Shown: in pieces, positions 21,298-30,911 of the stretch | Layout of the letters: each line of letters begins with the position of its first letter | Position numbering within the stretch: the first letter of the stretch is position 1 | From: an uncultured Gemmatimonadaceae bacterium | GTDB lineage: Bacteria > Gemmatimonadota > Gemmatimonadetes > Gemmatimonadales > Gemmatimonadaceae | Assembly: GCA_963751275.1 (NCBI GenBank) | Contig: CAVVTZ010000007.1 | Coordinates: 320,001 to 384,000 of the forward strand | Direction: 5' to 3' | DNA length: 64,000 nt | Made by a program: the position numbers and the translations under genes | The notes under the pieces: model-generated | What the model was told of the DNA's origin: nothing | The model's input: only the letters and a program-made list of their open reading frames with translations | Databases searched by the model: none

Positions 21298-22446
21298 ATG
21301 ACTGACACAATCGAAAGTGCCGTCACCTTCGAATCGCTCGGCCTCGCGCCGGCGCTCCTGAAGGCGGTGGCGGATGCCGGATACGAGCATCCAACCCCGA
21401 TCCAGGTGAACGCGATCCCGCTCGCCCTGCAGGGGCGCGACGTGATTGGCCTCGCCCAGACCGGAACGGGCAAGACGGCCGCGTTCACGCTGCCACTGAT
21501 CCAGCGTCTGATGGGCGGCCCGCGCCGCGCGCGCTGCCTCGTGCTCGCCCCCACGCGCGAACTCTGTGCGCAGGTGAAGGAGAGCTTCACGAAGTACGCG
21601 AAGCACAGCGGCCTGAAGGTGGCCGAGGTCTACGGCGGCGTGCCGCTCGGACCGCAGGAACGCGCGCTGCGCGGCGGGGTCGATGTGGTGGTCGCGACGC
21701 CGGGCCGGCTCATCGATCATCTCGAGCGCCAGAACGTGGTGTTCGACGATCTCGAAGTGCTCGTGCTCGACGAAGCGGACCGCATGCTCGACATGGGCTT
21801 CGCGCCGCAGATCAACAAGATCGTCGCGCAGCTGCCGAAGTACCGGCAGACGCTGCTCTTCAGCGCGACGATGGTGGCCGAGGTCGAGGCGCTGGCGCGG
21901 AAGTACCTGCGCAAGCCGATCGTCGTGCAGATGGGGCTGCGGACGCAGGCGGTGGACACCGTGGCGCACGCGGTGTACCCGGTGCCGAAGGAGCGGAAGA
22001 CGGCGCTGCTGGTGGAGCTGCTCAAGAAGGACGGCATGGATTCAGTGCTCGTGTTCACGCGCACGAAGCACGGGGCGGACCGCGTGGTGCGGCACCTCGA
22101 GAAGGCGGGCATCGACGCCGATGCCTTCCACGCCGACAAGTCGCAGGGCCAGCGCACCTCGGCGCTCGCGTCGTTCAAGAGCGGCAAGACGAAGGTGCTC
22201 GTCGCGACGGACATCGCGCAGCGCGGCCTGGATATCGCGGGCATCTCGCACGTCATCAACTACGACGTGCCCGCCCAGCCGGAAGACTACGTGCACCGCA
22301 TCGGCCGCACGGGCCGCGCGGCGGCCACCGGCGATGCGTACACGCTCATGTCGCCGGACGAGATCGGGACGGTGCGACTCATTGAGCGAGTATTGGGGAC
22401 GCCGATCCCGCGGGTCTCTGTGCCGGGCTATGACTTTGGGACGTAG
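21298..22446 (+). CDS. rhlE: DEAD-box RNA helicase (RhlE-like)
   Basis: Q motif GYEHPTPIQ, AQTGTGKT, PTRELC, TPGRL, DEADRMLDMGF, SAT, HRIGRTGR. Confidence 0.9.
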   Translation: MTDTIESAVTFESLGLAPALLKAVADAGYEHPTPIQVNAIPLALQGRDVIGLAQTGTGKTAAFTLPLIQRLMGGPRRARCLVLAPTRELCAQVKESFTKYAKHSGLKVAEVYGGVPLGPQERALRGGVDVVVATPGRLIDHLERQNVVFDDLEVLVLDEADRMLDMGFAPQINKIVAQLPKYRQTLLFSATMVAEVEALARKYLRKPIVVQMGLRTQAVDTVAHAVYPVPKERKTALLVELLKKDGMDSVLVFTRTKHGADRVVRHLEKAGIDADAFHADKSQGQRTSALASFKSGKTKVLVATDIAQRGLDIAGISHVINYDVPAQPEDYVHRIGRTGRAAATGDAYTLMSPDEIGTVRLIERVLGTPIPRVSVPGYDFGT

Positions 22447-22496
22447 TTCGTGGTGGAACTCATCGCTGATCGGGTGAGTCGAGCGGGAACACATTT

Positions 22497-22711
22497 ATCA
22501 CGGTAGAAGTTTCGGCCGGATCAACCGGATGACTCGGATTAACCGGATACATCCATGCGCCTGGCTTGCACCATGCGCTGTTCGTGTGGTTGTACTTGTT
22601 GTTAACCACAAGAACAAAGCTCGCTCGCGACGAATCGCCCAGAATGCGCCGCGAAGCAATCCGGCTGATCCGAGTCATCCGGTTGATCCGGCCGAAACTT
22701 TGAACCGTGAT
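22497..22711. repeat. Palindromic MITE-like element, copy 2
   Basis: About 50-bp arms atcacggtagaagtttcggccggatcaaccggatgactcggat... and inverted copy; internal GTACTTGTTGTTAACCACAAG; homologous to 8048-8240. Confidence 0.8.
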
Positions 22712-22735
22712 GCCAGCCTGGGGCAGTGCTGCCGG

Positions 22736-23161
22736 TCAGTGCGATCGGCGCACACGCCCGAGTCGCGAGACGGTGACGGTGTCGGCTGCCGTGCCTCGTC
22801 GCACGATGAGCGTGGTGTTCGCGGCGCCGTAGCCCCGGCCGCTCGGGCCGTAGATGATGGTGTCGCGCGAGGCTTCGAGCGTGATGCCGAGCTCGGCGCC
22901 GAACTGGTGGATGAGCACGGTGTCGCGCTCGACGGTCAGGAGCGCCGCGGCCGCGGCGGTGTCGAAGGCGACCACGGCGCGCGCGTCGCGCCGCTGGGCC
23001 GCCGAGCGGGCGGCGCGGAGCGTGGCGACGATCTCGGTGACACCGTCGCGGACGATCGCGTGATCGCGCGCTTGTTGCACGCGTGGCGCCGCGAGGGCGG
23101 TAAGCGTCCCCGTGATGGTCAGCACGATCAGCAACTCGGGCAGGGTGTGGCCGGCGGGCAT
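22736..23161 (-). CDS. Type IV pilin / GspH-FimT-like pseudopilin
   Basis: Class III signal AG|HTLPELLIVLTITG with E+5; C-terminal YGPSGRG...VTVSRLGRVR. Confidence 0.85.
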   Translation of the reverse strand: MPAGHTLPELLIVLTITGTLTALAAPRVQQARDHAIVRDGVTEIVATLRAARSAAQRRDARAVVAFDTAAAAALLTVERDTVLIHQFGAELGITLEASRDTIIYGPSGRGYGAANTTLIVRRGTAADTVTVSRLGRVRRSH

Positions 23162-23269
23162 GCGGTCTCCTGGTTCGGTGGCGGGTATATTGCGTGCCGG
23201 CCGCCGGGGGAGTGGCATCGAACGTCGGCACAGCGCATCGTTTCACCTCCTTGAACGCGCCGGGATACC

Positions 23270-23518
23270 GTGAAGATCACGATCGAATACTGCACGATCT
23301 GAAACTACGAACCACGCGCCACCGGTCTGGCGGCGGAGATCAAGGCGAAACACCCCGACGCGACCATCGAGCTCGTGCCGTCGAAGGGCGGGCGTTTCGA
23401 GGTGTCGATGGACGGGCGGGCGATCTTCGAGAAGTCGAAGGTCGGCCGGCATGCGGAACCGGGGGAGATCCTGGCCAAGATCGCGGCCGCCGCAAAGGGC
23501 GCCCAGGGCGGGAAATGA
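23270..23518 (+). CDS. Rdx family (SelW/SelT/SelH-like) selenoprotein, 82 aa, UGA=Sec at 23300-23302
   Basis: Manual translation from GTG 23270: MKITIEYCTI-U-NYEPRATGLAAEIKAKHPDATIELVPSKGGRFEVSMDGRAIFEKSKVGRHAEPGEILAKIAAAAKGAQGGK. CxxU and GxFEV are Rdx signatures. Confidence 0.9.
23314..23336 (+). promoter_or_regulatory. Bacterial SECIS-like hairpin
   Basis: cgcca-CCGGTC-tggcg stem-loop starting about 13 nt 3' of the UGA; GGUC apex resembles the E. coli fdhF SECIS apex (GCAGGUCUGC). Confidence 0.7.
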
Positions 23519-23600
23519 GGGCGCGGCTGGGTATGGCGCTTTTTCGAGTTCGCGGGGTATGCTTGGACGTGCCCGGAGGGTCGGGCGACGAGGAGAAGCA

Positions 23601-24188
23601 ATGACAGTCCGGTGGTTGGTCGTTGGCGTTTGGAACCTCACGGTGTTGGTCGCGAGCCCCGCGGGCGCCCAGAGCGCGTCGGGGAGTTCCGCCGTGCCGG
23701 ACGGCTTCAAGCCGCCGGCGGGGATGTGCCGCATCTGGATCGACGGCGTGCCCGCGGACCGGCAGCCCGCGCCCACCGATTGTGCGACGGCGGTGCGCCG
23801 CCGGCCGGCGAACGCGCACGTCGTGTTCGGCGATCAGCCGGCCGCGAGCGTTTCGACGCCGGGCAATCCGGCGCCGTCGAATGCGTCGTCGTCCGTGCCC
23901 GCGTCGGCCGCGCCCCTCTCGGTGCATGAGACGGCGGCGCCGGACGTGAAGCCCGAGTTCAAGAGCGAACCGCGTCCCGCCGGCATGGGCGGCGGGCCGA
24001 CGCCGGTCGCGAACTTCGGCGCGGGCGCGCCACCCGCTTTCATCGTGCACACCGCGCCGCGTCCGGCGAGCCACGCGCCGGCGCCCCCGACGGCGGCGCG
24101 TCCGGCCGCACCGCATGGCGGCCAGACCTCGGCGACGCAGAAGTCCACGGCCCCCGTGCCCGTGAAGCATCCGCCGCGCGGCCACTGA
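23601..24188 (+). CDS. Secreted hypothetical protein with short Cys-pair domain and Pro/Ala-rich tail
   Basis: AGGAG RBS; signal peptide; PPAGMCRIWIDGVPADRQPAPTDC. Confidence 0.75.
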   Translation: MTVRWLVVGVWNLTVLVASPAGAQSASGSSAVPDGFKPPAGMCRIWIDGVPADRQPAPTDCATAVRRRPANAHVVFGDQPAASVSTPGNPAPSNASSSVPASAAPLSVHETAAPDVKPEFKSEPRPAGMGGGPTPVANFGAGAPPAFIVHTAPRPASHAPAPPTAARPAAPHGGQTSATQKSTAPVPVKHPPRGH

Positions 24189-26872
24189 GCAGCGAGCAGC
24201 GACGGGTCCGCGACCCGTACCTCCCACTCGATCATGACGCGTTCGTCGCCGCGAGACCCGCGACCGGACGCGTCATCGTCATCGCGCCCACGCGCGCGGC
24301 GTGCGAGACGATCGAGATGGCGCTGCACCTGCACCTCGACACGCTGCTCGAGCGCGAACACGGCGATGAGATCCGCGCCCTCGCGGGCGCCGGGAGCGGG
24401 TTCGGCATCGTCGCCGGCACCGGTACGGGCAAGACGCTCGCGATCCGCCCGATCGCGGAGACGATCCTCGGCACGACGGCGCTGAGGGTGGGCGTCGTCA
24501 ATCGCGAGCGCGAGGCGACGCCGGACACGCCGACCTGGAACGTCGTGATCGTCACCACGGGCATCGCCCGGCGCTGGTTCCAGGACGGCGACATCCTGCT
24601 GCGCGACACGCTGCTCGTGGACGAGATCCATCAGACCAGTGCGGAGCTCGAATTGTGCCTCGCGCTCGGCAAGCGCGTCGGCTGCCGGTTCATCTGGCTC
24701 TCGGCGACCGTGGATCCGTCGTTCTACGCGAAGTACCTGGACAGCGCGGCGGTGCTCGAGACGCGCGCGTTCGATCCGTCGAAGGCGGCGCGCGTGACCG
24801 TGGTGGACCGGCGGCCGCTGGATTTCATGGATGAGAAGTGGCTCGCGCAGATGACGCGCGAGCGGCGCGGCGTGGGCGTCTTCCTGCCGACGCGCGCGGG
24901 CGTGGAAGAAGTGGCGGAGCTGGTGCGGCGCCGAGCGCCGAAGATCACCACCGCGTTCTACCACGGCGGTGAGCCGGTGCGCGTGATCCGCCCGTTCCTC
25001 GAGGGCGAGGTGCCCAAGCCGTACCTGCTCGCGATGACGGCGGCGGGACAGAGCGCGCTGAACGTATCGGGGCTCGACACCGTGGTGATCGACGACACAC
25101 GGTTCTCGAACCTCATCGAACGCGGGAAGAACGTGCTCACGCGCACGCATCTGGGCGCGAACGAGATCCTCCAGATGGCGGGGCGCGTGCACGGACGCGT
25201 GGAGGGCGGCCGGGTCTTCATGCTGAGCGACCGGCAGATCGATTTCAATTCGCTGAAGCCGGTGGCGCCCGAGTTCCAGCTGGCCGGGGATTCCGAGCGC
25301 GTGGCGCTCACGAGCGCGGCGCTGGGCGTGCGCGCGGACGAGCTCGATCTGCCGGTGCCGCTCGACAAGGGCGCGTACCGGCGCGCGATGGCACTGCTGG
25401 AATCGCGCGGCATCATCGAGAACGGGCGGCTGTCGCGCTACGGCAAAGCGGTGGAAGCGATGCCGGTGGAGCGCGCGTGGGCGGAGCTGCTCGTGCACGC
25501 GGAGGAGGAGCTGGTGCCGTTCGTCGCGGTGATGGCGAGCATCGAGAGCCTGCACCGCATGACGCGCGACGAGCGCGATCTCGAGGGATTGATCGTGCCG
25601 GGGAGCGACCACCTCACGTCGTACAACCTGTACGTGGACGCGTACCGCGCGCACGGCTACGTGGGCAAGGTGTTCGATCTGCCGCGGCATCTCTTCCACG
25701 ACGAGATCCAGGAGTGGGCGGAGGCGCGCGGCGCGCTGGTGAAGAGCGTGGAGGACGCGGCGCTGGGGATGGCGAGCGTGTACCGCGCGCTCGACATGCC
25801 GCTGCCGCGCGAGATGCGATACGCCGACGACGCGGTGCAGCGGAAGTTCGGCGACCTGCTCGCGCGCTTCATGCCGTTCGACCTGGTGATCGACGAGCAG
25901 ACGGCGGACGGCGGCGACGTGCGCGTCTCGAAGACGAGCGTGTGCGGCACGTGGGGGGCGATCGCGGGGACGCTGCGTTATTTCGCCGACCGGTCGGGCG
26001 TCCCGCGCGCGGCGATCGAGGGCACGCAGGTGGCCTTCGACCTGGTGCGCCGCTACGCGACGCAGGGCGACGCCGAACTCGTGCTCGACTGGCACCGGAA
26101 GAAGGATCCCCTGCTGCTGCGGCGCCGGCTCGCCTACTTCGGATTCGAGCTGGGGCGCGAGCAGGAATCGATCGATGTGTTCCCGCCCGAGCTCGCGGCG
26201 AAGGCGCGGCATGCGCTGGCGGAATCGCTCGCGCGCGAGGAGGCGCGGCACCCCGCGGTGAAGCGGAACCACGACGGGATCGACGAGGCGCGGGAACTGT
26301 GGCGGCGCAGCGGCGGCGCGACGCCACGCCTCAGCATGGCCGATCTCACCGCAATGTACGAGGCGAAGCTCGGCGGCGTGAACTCGCTGGATGATTTCCG
26401 CGCGGCGGACCTGACACTCGACCTGGGCGGACGCGTCGCGCCCGCGGACCGCGCGCGCTGGATGGCGCTGCCGTCGGAAGTCATGGTGCGCGACCGGGAA
26501 GTGGACATCGAGTACGACGTGGAGGAGACGCCGGATGGAAGGCCGCTCGGCGTGGCGCGGCTGCGGCTGCCGGAGAAGGTGGCGCGCTCGCTGCACGAGG
26601 CGGAGCTGCCGGTGCTCGACCGGCCGCTGCGCTTCGTCGTCACTCGCGGGCAGCGCGGCGCGGCGCGCGGCAGCACGCTTGATGAACTGCAGGAGGTGCT
26701 CGACCGTCCGTGGACCGATCTGGAAGTGGAGCGGGACGCGGCGCGGCCCTCGCGGCGCGAAGAGCGGCGCGACAAGGTGAAGCGGCACGACCGCGGAGGA
26801 TACGGGGGCCGCGGCGGGAAGGGCGGCGGGAAGCGCGGCGGGAAGGGCGGCGGCCGGCGCGGCCGCCGCTGA
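24185..26872 (+). CDS. HrpA/HrpB-like DExH helicase (start uncertain: CTG 24185 or ATG 24317)
   Basis: AGTGTGKT, TTGI, DEIH, SAT, VFLPT, QMAGRVHGR; basic Gly/Arg/Lys tail; frame is open upstream of 24317. Confidence 0.85.
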   Translation: MSSEQRRVRDPYLPLDHDAFVAARPATGRVIVIAPTRAACETIEMALHLHLDTLLEREHGDEIRALAGAGSGFGIVAGTGTGKTLAIRPIAETILGTTALRVGVVNREREATPDTPTWNVVIVTTGIARRWFQDGDILLRDTLLVDEIHQTSAELELCLALGKRVGCRFIWLSATVDPSFYAKYLDSAAVLETRAFDPSKAARVTVVDRRPLDFMDEKWLAQMTRERRGVGVFLPTRAGVEEVAELVRRRAPKITTAFYHGGEPVRVIRPFLEGEVPKPYLLAMTAAGQSALNVSGLDTVVIDDTRFSNLIERGKNVLTRTHLGANEILQMAGRVHGRVEGGRVFMLSDRQIDFNSLKPVAPEFQLAGDSERVALTSAALGVRADELDLPVPLDKGAYRRAMALLESRGIIENGRLSRYGKAVEAMPVERAWAELLVHAEEELVPFVAVMASIESLHRMTRDERDLEGLIVPGSDHLTSYNLYVDAYRAHGYVGKVFDLPRHLFHDEIQEWAEARGALVKSVEDAALGMASVYRALDMPLPREMRYADDAVQRKFGDLLARFMPFDLVIDEQTADGGDVRVSKTSVCGTWGAIAGTLRYFADRSGVPRAAIEGTQVAFDLVRRYATQGDAELVLDWHRKKDPLLLRRRLAYFGFELGREQESIDVFPPELAAKARHALAESLAREEARHPAVKRNHDGIDEARELWRRSGGATPRLSMADLTAMYEAKLGGVNSLDDFRAADLTLDLGGRVAPADRARWMALPSEVMVRDREVDIEYDVEETPDGRPLGVARLRLPEKVARSLHEAELPVLDRPLRFVVTRGQRGAARGSTLDELQEVLDRPWTDLEVERDAARPSRREERRDKVKRHDRGGYGGRGGKGGGKRGGKGGGRRGRR

Positions 26873-26875
26873 ACG

Positions 26876-27421
26876 CTAGGCCGGCGGCGGCGCCGCGGAG
26901 ACCGGCACCGGCGCGTGCGCCGGCACGCTGTACGTCTCCGTCTTGAACGCCGTGAAGCCGCGCTTGAGGTAGTTCGGCAGCGCGGCCGGATTGTCGAGTG
27001 TGCAGGTGTGCAGCCAGACACGCTTCGCCTTGAGCGCCCAGGCGCGTTCCACCGCCGCGCTCAGCATTTGCTTGCCGAAGCCGCGGCCCACGAACTCCGG
27101 CATGAGACCGAAGTAGACGATCTCCACGCTGTCGTCGCCGCGGCGCTCCAGCTCGAAGTAGCCGGCGGGCGTGCCCTCGGCATACAGCACCCAGATCGAG
27201 ACGCCCGGCGTGTCGAGGCGCGCGCGGCACTGCTCGTCGCTCCAGACCAGCCGGTCGCGCCAGTGATACTGGTGGCCCACTTCGCGGTAGAGATAGCGGA
27301 AGAAGGGAACGGTGCACGCGGAGGCGTGCTCCACGCGCGCGCGACGATCCAACGGCGCCGCGTTCAGCTGCGACGGCGAATTCATCTCGAGGTACGTCCT
27401 GACGACATCGACGTCGGTCAT
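26876..27421 (-). CDS. GNAT family N-acetyltransferase
   Basis: EIVYFGLMPEFVGRGFG (acetyl-CoA binding motif), RVWLHTCTLDNPAALPNYLKRGF. Confidence 0.9.
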   Translation of the reverse strand: MTDVDVVRTYLEMNSPSQLNAAPLDRRARVEHASACTVPFFRYLYREVGHQYHWRDRLVWSDEQCRARLDTPGVSIWVLYAEGTPAGYFELERRGDDSVEIVYFGLMPEFVGRGFGKQMLSAAVERAWALKAKRVWLHTCTLDNPAALPNYLKRGFTAFKTETYSVPAHAPVPVSAAPPPA

Positions 27422-27429
27422 GTGCTTCG

Positions 27430-27463
27430 TCGGGTTCGGGATTCGGGACTCGGGATCCGGGAC
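27430..27463. repeat. Heptamer tandem repeat (TCGGGAN-like, about 5 units)
   Basis: tcgggt tcgggat tcgggac tcgggat ccgggac fills the intergenic gap. Confidence 0.7.
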
Positions 27464-28062
27464 TATCTGGCGGAGCGGGCGCGGCGGTGACGCGCGGCCT
27501 TCGCGCGATTGCCGCAGCTCTTCATGTCGCACCAGCGGCGGCGGCCGTTCTTGGTGTCGTCATGGAAGACGCGCGAGCATCCCGGGTCGGCGCAGCGGCG
27601 GACGCGTGGCAGTTCGCCGAGCACGAGTGCGTCGGCGGCGGATTCGACGACGGGGATCATCAGGCCGGCGAAGGCGTCGCCGCCCGGCACGAAGCTCCGC
27701 ACGAACGCGCCATCGTCGCGGGACTCCACGCGCCGGGTGCCGGCGCTCCGGCCGAGCACGCGGTTGATCTCATCGAGCGCATCCTGCACCACGAGCGGCT
27801 GCTGCACGCCGCGCTCCGCGAGCGCGCGCAGCGACGCGCGCACGCGGCGCGCATCGGCGAGCGCGGCGCTGGCGCCGGCAGGCTGCTCGCGCGCGCGCCG
27901 GATCATCGCGGCGGCGCGCTCGCCATCGAGCACGCCGGCGGCCTTGAGCCAGAGCGCGAGCGCGTCGAAGTCGCGCAGCGCGTCCACGCGCGCGTTGCGG
28001 TGCGTGTCATCGGTGTTGACGAAATCGAGCCAGAGCCGGTCGGCGAGGAAGATCCACGGCAT
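27463..28062 (-). CDS. ABATE / CGNR zinc-finger domain protein
   Basis: LWLDFVNT N-terminus; RRCADPGC...RRRWCDMKSCGNRAK. Confidence 0.92.
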   Translation of the reverse strand: MPWIFLADRLWLDFVNTDDTHRNARVDALRDFDALALWLKAAGVLDGERAAAMIRRAREQPAGASAALADARRVRASLRALAERGVQQPLVVQDALDEINRVLGRSAGTRRVESRDDGAFVRSFVPGGDAFAGLMIPVVESAADALVLGELPRVRRCADPGCSRVFHDDTKNGRRRWCDMKSCGNRAKAARHRRARSAR

Positions 28063-28174
28063 GCTGCGACGTTACCGGGCGGCACGGTTCGCGGCAAGGC
28101 GTTGCGCGAGCCGCGTTCCGCGCGCCTCGGCCGGGCACGCGGCACGCGGATCGGATTCGAGATAAGTTCCGGTC

Positions 28175-28655
28175 ATGCCGCCAAAACCGTTCATTCTCTC
28201 GGAGTACGTCCGCTGGGGCGACATCGATCTCGCGGGGATCATCTGCTACGGCGCGTACCTGCGCTTCAGCGAGTTGTCCGAGTCGGAGATCTTCCGCGCG
28301 GCGGGGCTGCCGTTCAGCGAGAATGTTCGAGCGCTACAATGTGTGGATGCCGCGAAAGGTGATGCACGCGGAATTCTTCGCCCCAGCGCGGCTGGATGAT
28401 CATCTGCGTGTGGTCACGTATTTCAGCCACATGGGCCGTACATCGCTCACGATCAATTTCGATGTGATGAACGCCGACGCGAGCCAGCTGCACGCGGCCA
28501 CGCACCAGGTGCTCGTCTGCGTCTCGCGCGCCGGATTCACGAAGATGCCGCTGCCCGACGGGATCCGCCGCGCGCTCGAGTCCTTCGCGCTGGACACCGC
28601 CGCGGCGCGCGCCGCCGCGCGGGCGGTCTACGCCTCGAGCGCGTCCTCGGCGTAG
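28175..28655 (+). CDS. Acyl-CoA thioesterase (4HBT/YbgC hotdog fold; frameshift near 28322)
   Basis: VRWGDIDLAGIICYGAYLRF, then FFAPARLDD...GRTSLTINF in the next frame. Confidence 0.85.
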
Positions 28656-29569
28656 GTCAGCCAGCCGGCGTTCTCCTCGGCCACGAGCTCCACCTGCGTG
28701 CCGAAGGGGAGTGTGAGGTTCGGCGCCTCGTGCCCTGCGGGGAAGTCGGCGAGGATCGGCACGTCGAGATCGGCGAAGAGATCGAGGATGAAGTTCTCGA
28801 AGTCATCTTCCTCGGAGCGATCGATCGGCAGCTGCCCGATCACGATCCCCTTCACCCGCTTGAGCAGCCCCGCGGCGCGGAGATGCACGATCCGTTCGTC
28901 GAGCACGCTCATGGGGTCGCGCGTCTCCTCGAGGAAGAGGATCGCGTCGCGCGTGTCCACCTCGTAGGGCGTGCCGATGCTCTGCTGTACGAGGGACAGG
29001 TTGCCGCCGGTCAGGCGTCCGGTGGCGGTGCCCTTTCGCACGACGGTCGCGATCCCCTTGCCGAGTTTCGCCGTGGGGCGCGGCGTGGTGAGCGACGCGA
29101 TGAACGACGCCATCGTCGGGTCGCGCGTGGTGGGGATGAGGTCGTCCACCGTGGGGCCGTGGAAGGTTCGCAGTCCCGCGCGCTTCATCATCCAGAGGTG
29201 CAGCGCGGTGACGTCCGAGTAGCCGATGAACGGCTTCGGATCGTTCCGGAAGAGGTCGGCCTCGAGGTAGGGGATCATGCGCGTCGCGCCGTAGCCGCCG
29301 GTGGCGGCGACGACCGCCTTCACCGTGGGATCGAGCCAGACGCTCATGAAGTTCTCGGCGCGGCGCTCGTCCTCCACGCGCTTGAATCGACGGTCGCCGG
29401 TGATCTCGGGGTCCAGCAACACTTTGAATCCCGCGTGTTCCAATGCCTTCACGCCGCGCAGGAGCCACGGCGCCTTGGGCGTGTAGCTCGGCGTGACGAC
29501 GCCGATGGTGTCGCCCTTCACGAGCGCGCGGGGGCGGAGCAGTGGCGGCGGCGGGGCGGCGGAGACCAT
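28628..29569 (-). CDS. ldcA: LD-carboxypeptidase (peptidase S66)
   Basis: GGYGATR, GYSDVTAL, GGNLSL, ILFLEE, PAGH. Confidence 0.9.
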   Translation of the reverse strand: MVSAAPPPPLLRPRALVKGDTIGVVTPSYTPKAPWLLRGVKALEHAGFKVLLDPEITGDRRFKRVEDERRAENFMSVWLDPTVKAVVAATGGYGATRMIPYLEADLFRNDPKPFIGYSDVTALHLWMMKRAGLRTFHGPTVDDLIPTTRDPTMASFIASLTTPRPTAKLGKGIATVVRKGTATGRLTGGNLSLVQQSIGTPYEVDTRDAILFLEETRDPMSVLDERIVHLRAAGLLKRVKGIVIGQLPIDRSEEDDFENFILDLFADLDVPILADFPAGHEAPNLTLPFGTQVELVAEENAGWLTYAEDALEA

Positions 29570-29702
29570 GGCCGGATGCTAGCGCACGGCGAGGGTCGCG
29601 GGTACCGAAGGCGGGCCAAACAAGCGCCCACCAGTAGGGTCGTCTTTGCCACACGTCAACCACCACACGCGCCTCTGCTGTTTTCACGCTAGATTTCGCC
29701 GT

Positions 29703-30911
29703 ATGACGGGCTCGTCCAATTATTTCCGGAAGGGATTCGGCCTCAAGGCGGAGGTGCAGGAGACGCTGGTCGCCGACTACGCCGGCCATCTCGTGGACCT
29801 GCTGCGGGAGCGCGCGTACACGCTCACCGCCGGCGACACCACGATCCGGCTGGCGCACGAGTTCGGCTTCTGCTACGGCGTGGAGCGCGCCGTGGAGTAC
29901 GCCTACCAGACGCGCCGCAAGTTCCCGGACCGCCGGGTCGTGCTCGTCGGCGAGATCATCCACAACCCGCACGTGAACGCGAAGCTTCGCGCGATGGGCG
30001 TCGAGATCCTCGAGCCGGCGGACGGCGCATTCGACTATTCGCACATCGCGCCCGCGGACGTGGTGATCCTGCCGGCGTTCGGCGTGACGATGAAGGATTT
30101 CGCCACGCTCCGCGCCACCGGCTGCGTGATGGTGGACACGACCTGCGGCTCGGTGCTCAACGTCTGGAAGCGCGTCGAGAGCTACGCGCGCGACGGCTTC
30201 ACGTCCGTGATCCACGGCAAGTACTATCACGAGGAGACGCGGGCGACGGCGTCGCAGGTGGAGACGCATCCCGGCGGCCACTACCTCGTCGTGCGCGACA
30301 TGGCCGAGGCGCGTGTGGTGTGCGACTTCATCGAAGGGCGCGGCACGCGCGAGGAACTGCTCGCGCGCTTCGCGGCCGCGGTGTCGCCCGAGTTCGATCC
30401 CGCGGCGCACCTCGAGCGGATCGGCGTCGCGAACCAGACGACGATGCTCGCGCGCGAGTCGCTGGCGATCGCCGAGGAGATCGGACTCGCGATGGAGCGC
30501 GCGCACGGCGCGGCGTGGCGCGCGTCGCACTTCCGCAGCTTCGACACGATCTGCAGCGCCACGCAGGACCGGCAGGATGCGGTGCAGGCGCTGCTCGCGG
30601 AGCCGCTGGACGTGATGGTCGTGATCGGCGGCTACAACTCCAGCAACACGATCTCGCTGGCCGCGATCTGCGCCGAACGGGTGACGACGTACCACATGGA
30701 GGATGCGACCGCGATCGATCCGGAGCGCGGCACGGTGCGGCACAAGCCGATCGGGCGCGCCGGCGAGGCGGAGCGCGCGGCGTGGCTGCCGGCCACCGGC
30801 CCGCTGCGCGTGGGGATCACGGCCGGCGCGAGCACGCCGAACAACAAGATCGGCGACGCCGTCGCGCGCATCTTCGCGACGCGCGGCATCGACCCGTCCG
30901 CGATCGCGTGA
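29703..30911 (+). CDS. ispH: 4-hydroxy-3-methylbut-2-enyl diphosphate reductase
   Basis: GFCYGVERA, EIIHNPHV, DTTC, NQTT, DTICSATQDRQ, GGYNSSNT, GITAGASTP. Confidence 0.96.
   Translation: MTGSSNYFRKGFGLKAEVQETLVADYAGHLVDLLRERAYTLTAGDTTIRLAHEFGFCYGVERAVEYAYQTRRKFPDRRVVLVGEIIHNPHVNAKLRAMGVEILEPADGAFDYSHIAPADVVILPAFGVTMKDFATLRATGCVMVDTTCGSVLNVWKRVESYARDGFTSVIHGKYYHEETRATASQVETHPGGHYLVVRDMAEARVVCDFIEGRGTREELLARFAAAVSPEFDPAAHLERIGVANQTTMLARESLAIAEEIGLAMERAHGAAWRASHFRSFDTICSATQDRQDAVQALLAEPLDVMVVIGGYNSSNTISLAAICAERVTTYHMEDATAIDPERGTVRHKPIGRAGEAERAAWLPATGPLRVGITAGASTPNNKIGDAVARIFATRGIDPSAIA

Noticed and set aside
23194..23604. ORF-track calls overlapping the selenoprotein (23194..23604, 23243..23776, 23305..23601)
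   Set aside because: No motifs; the UGA-containing frame gives a complete Rdx protein.
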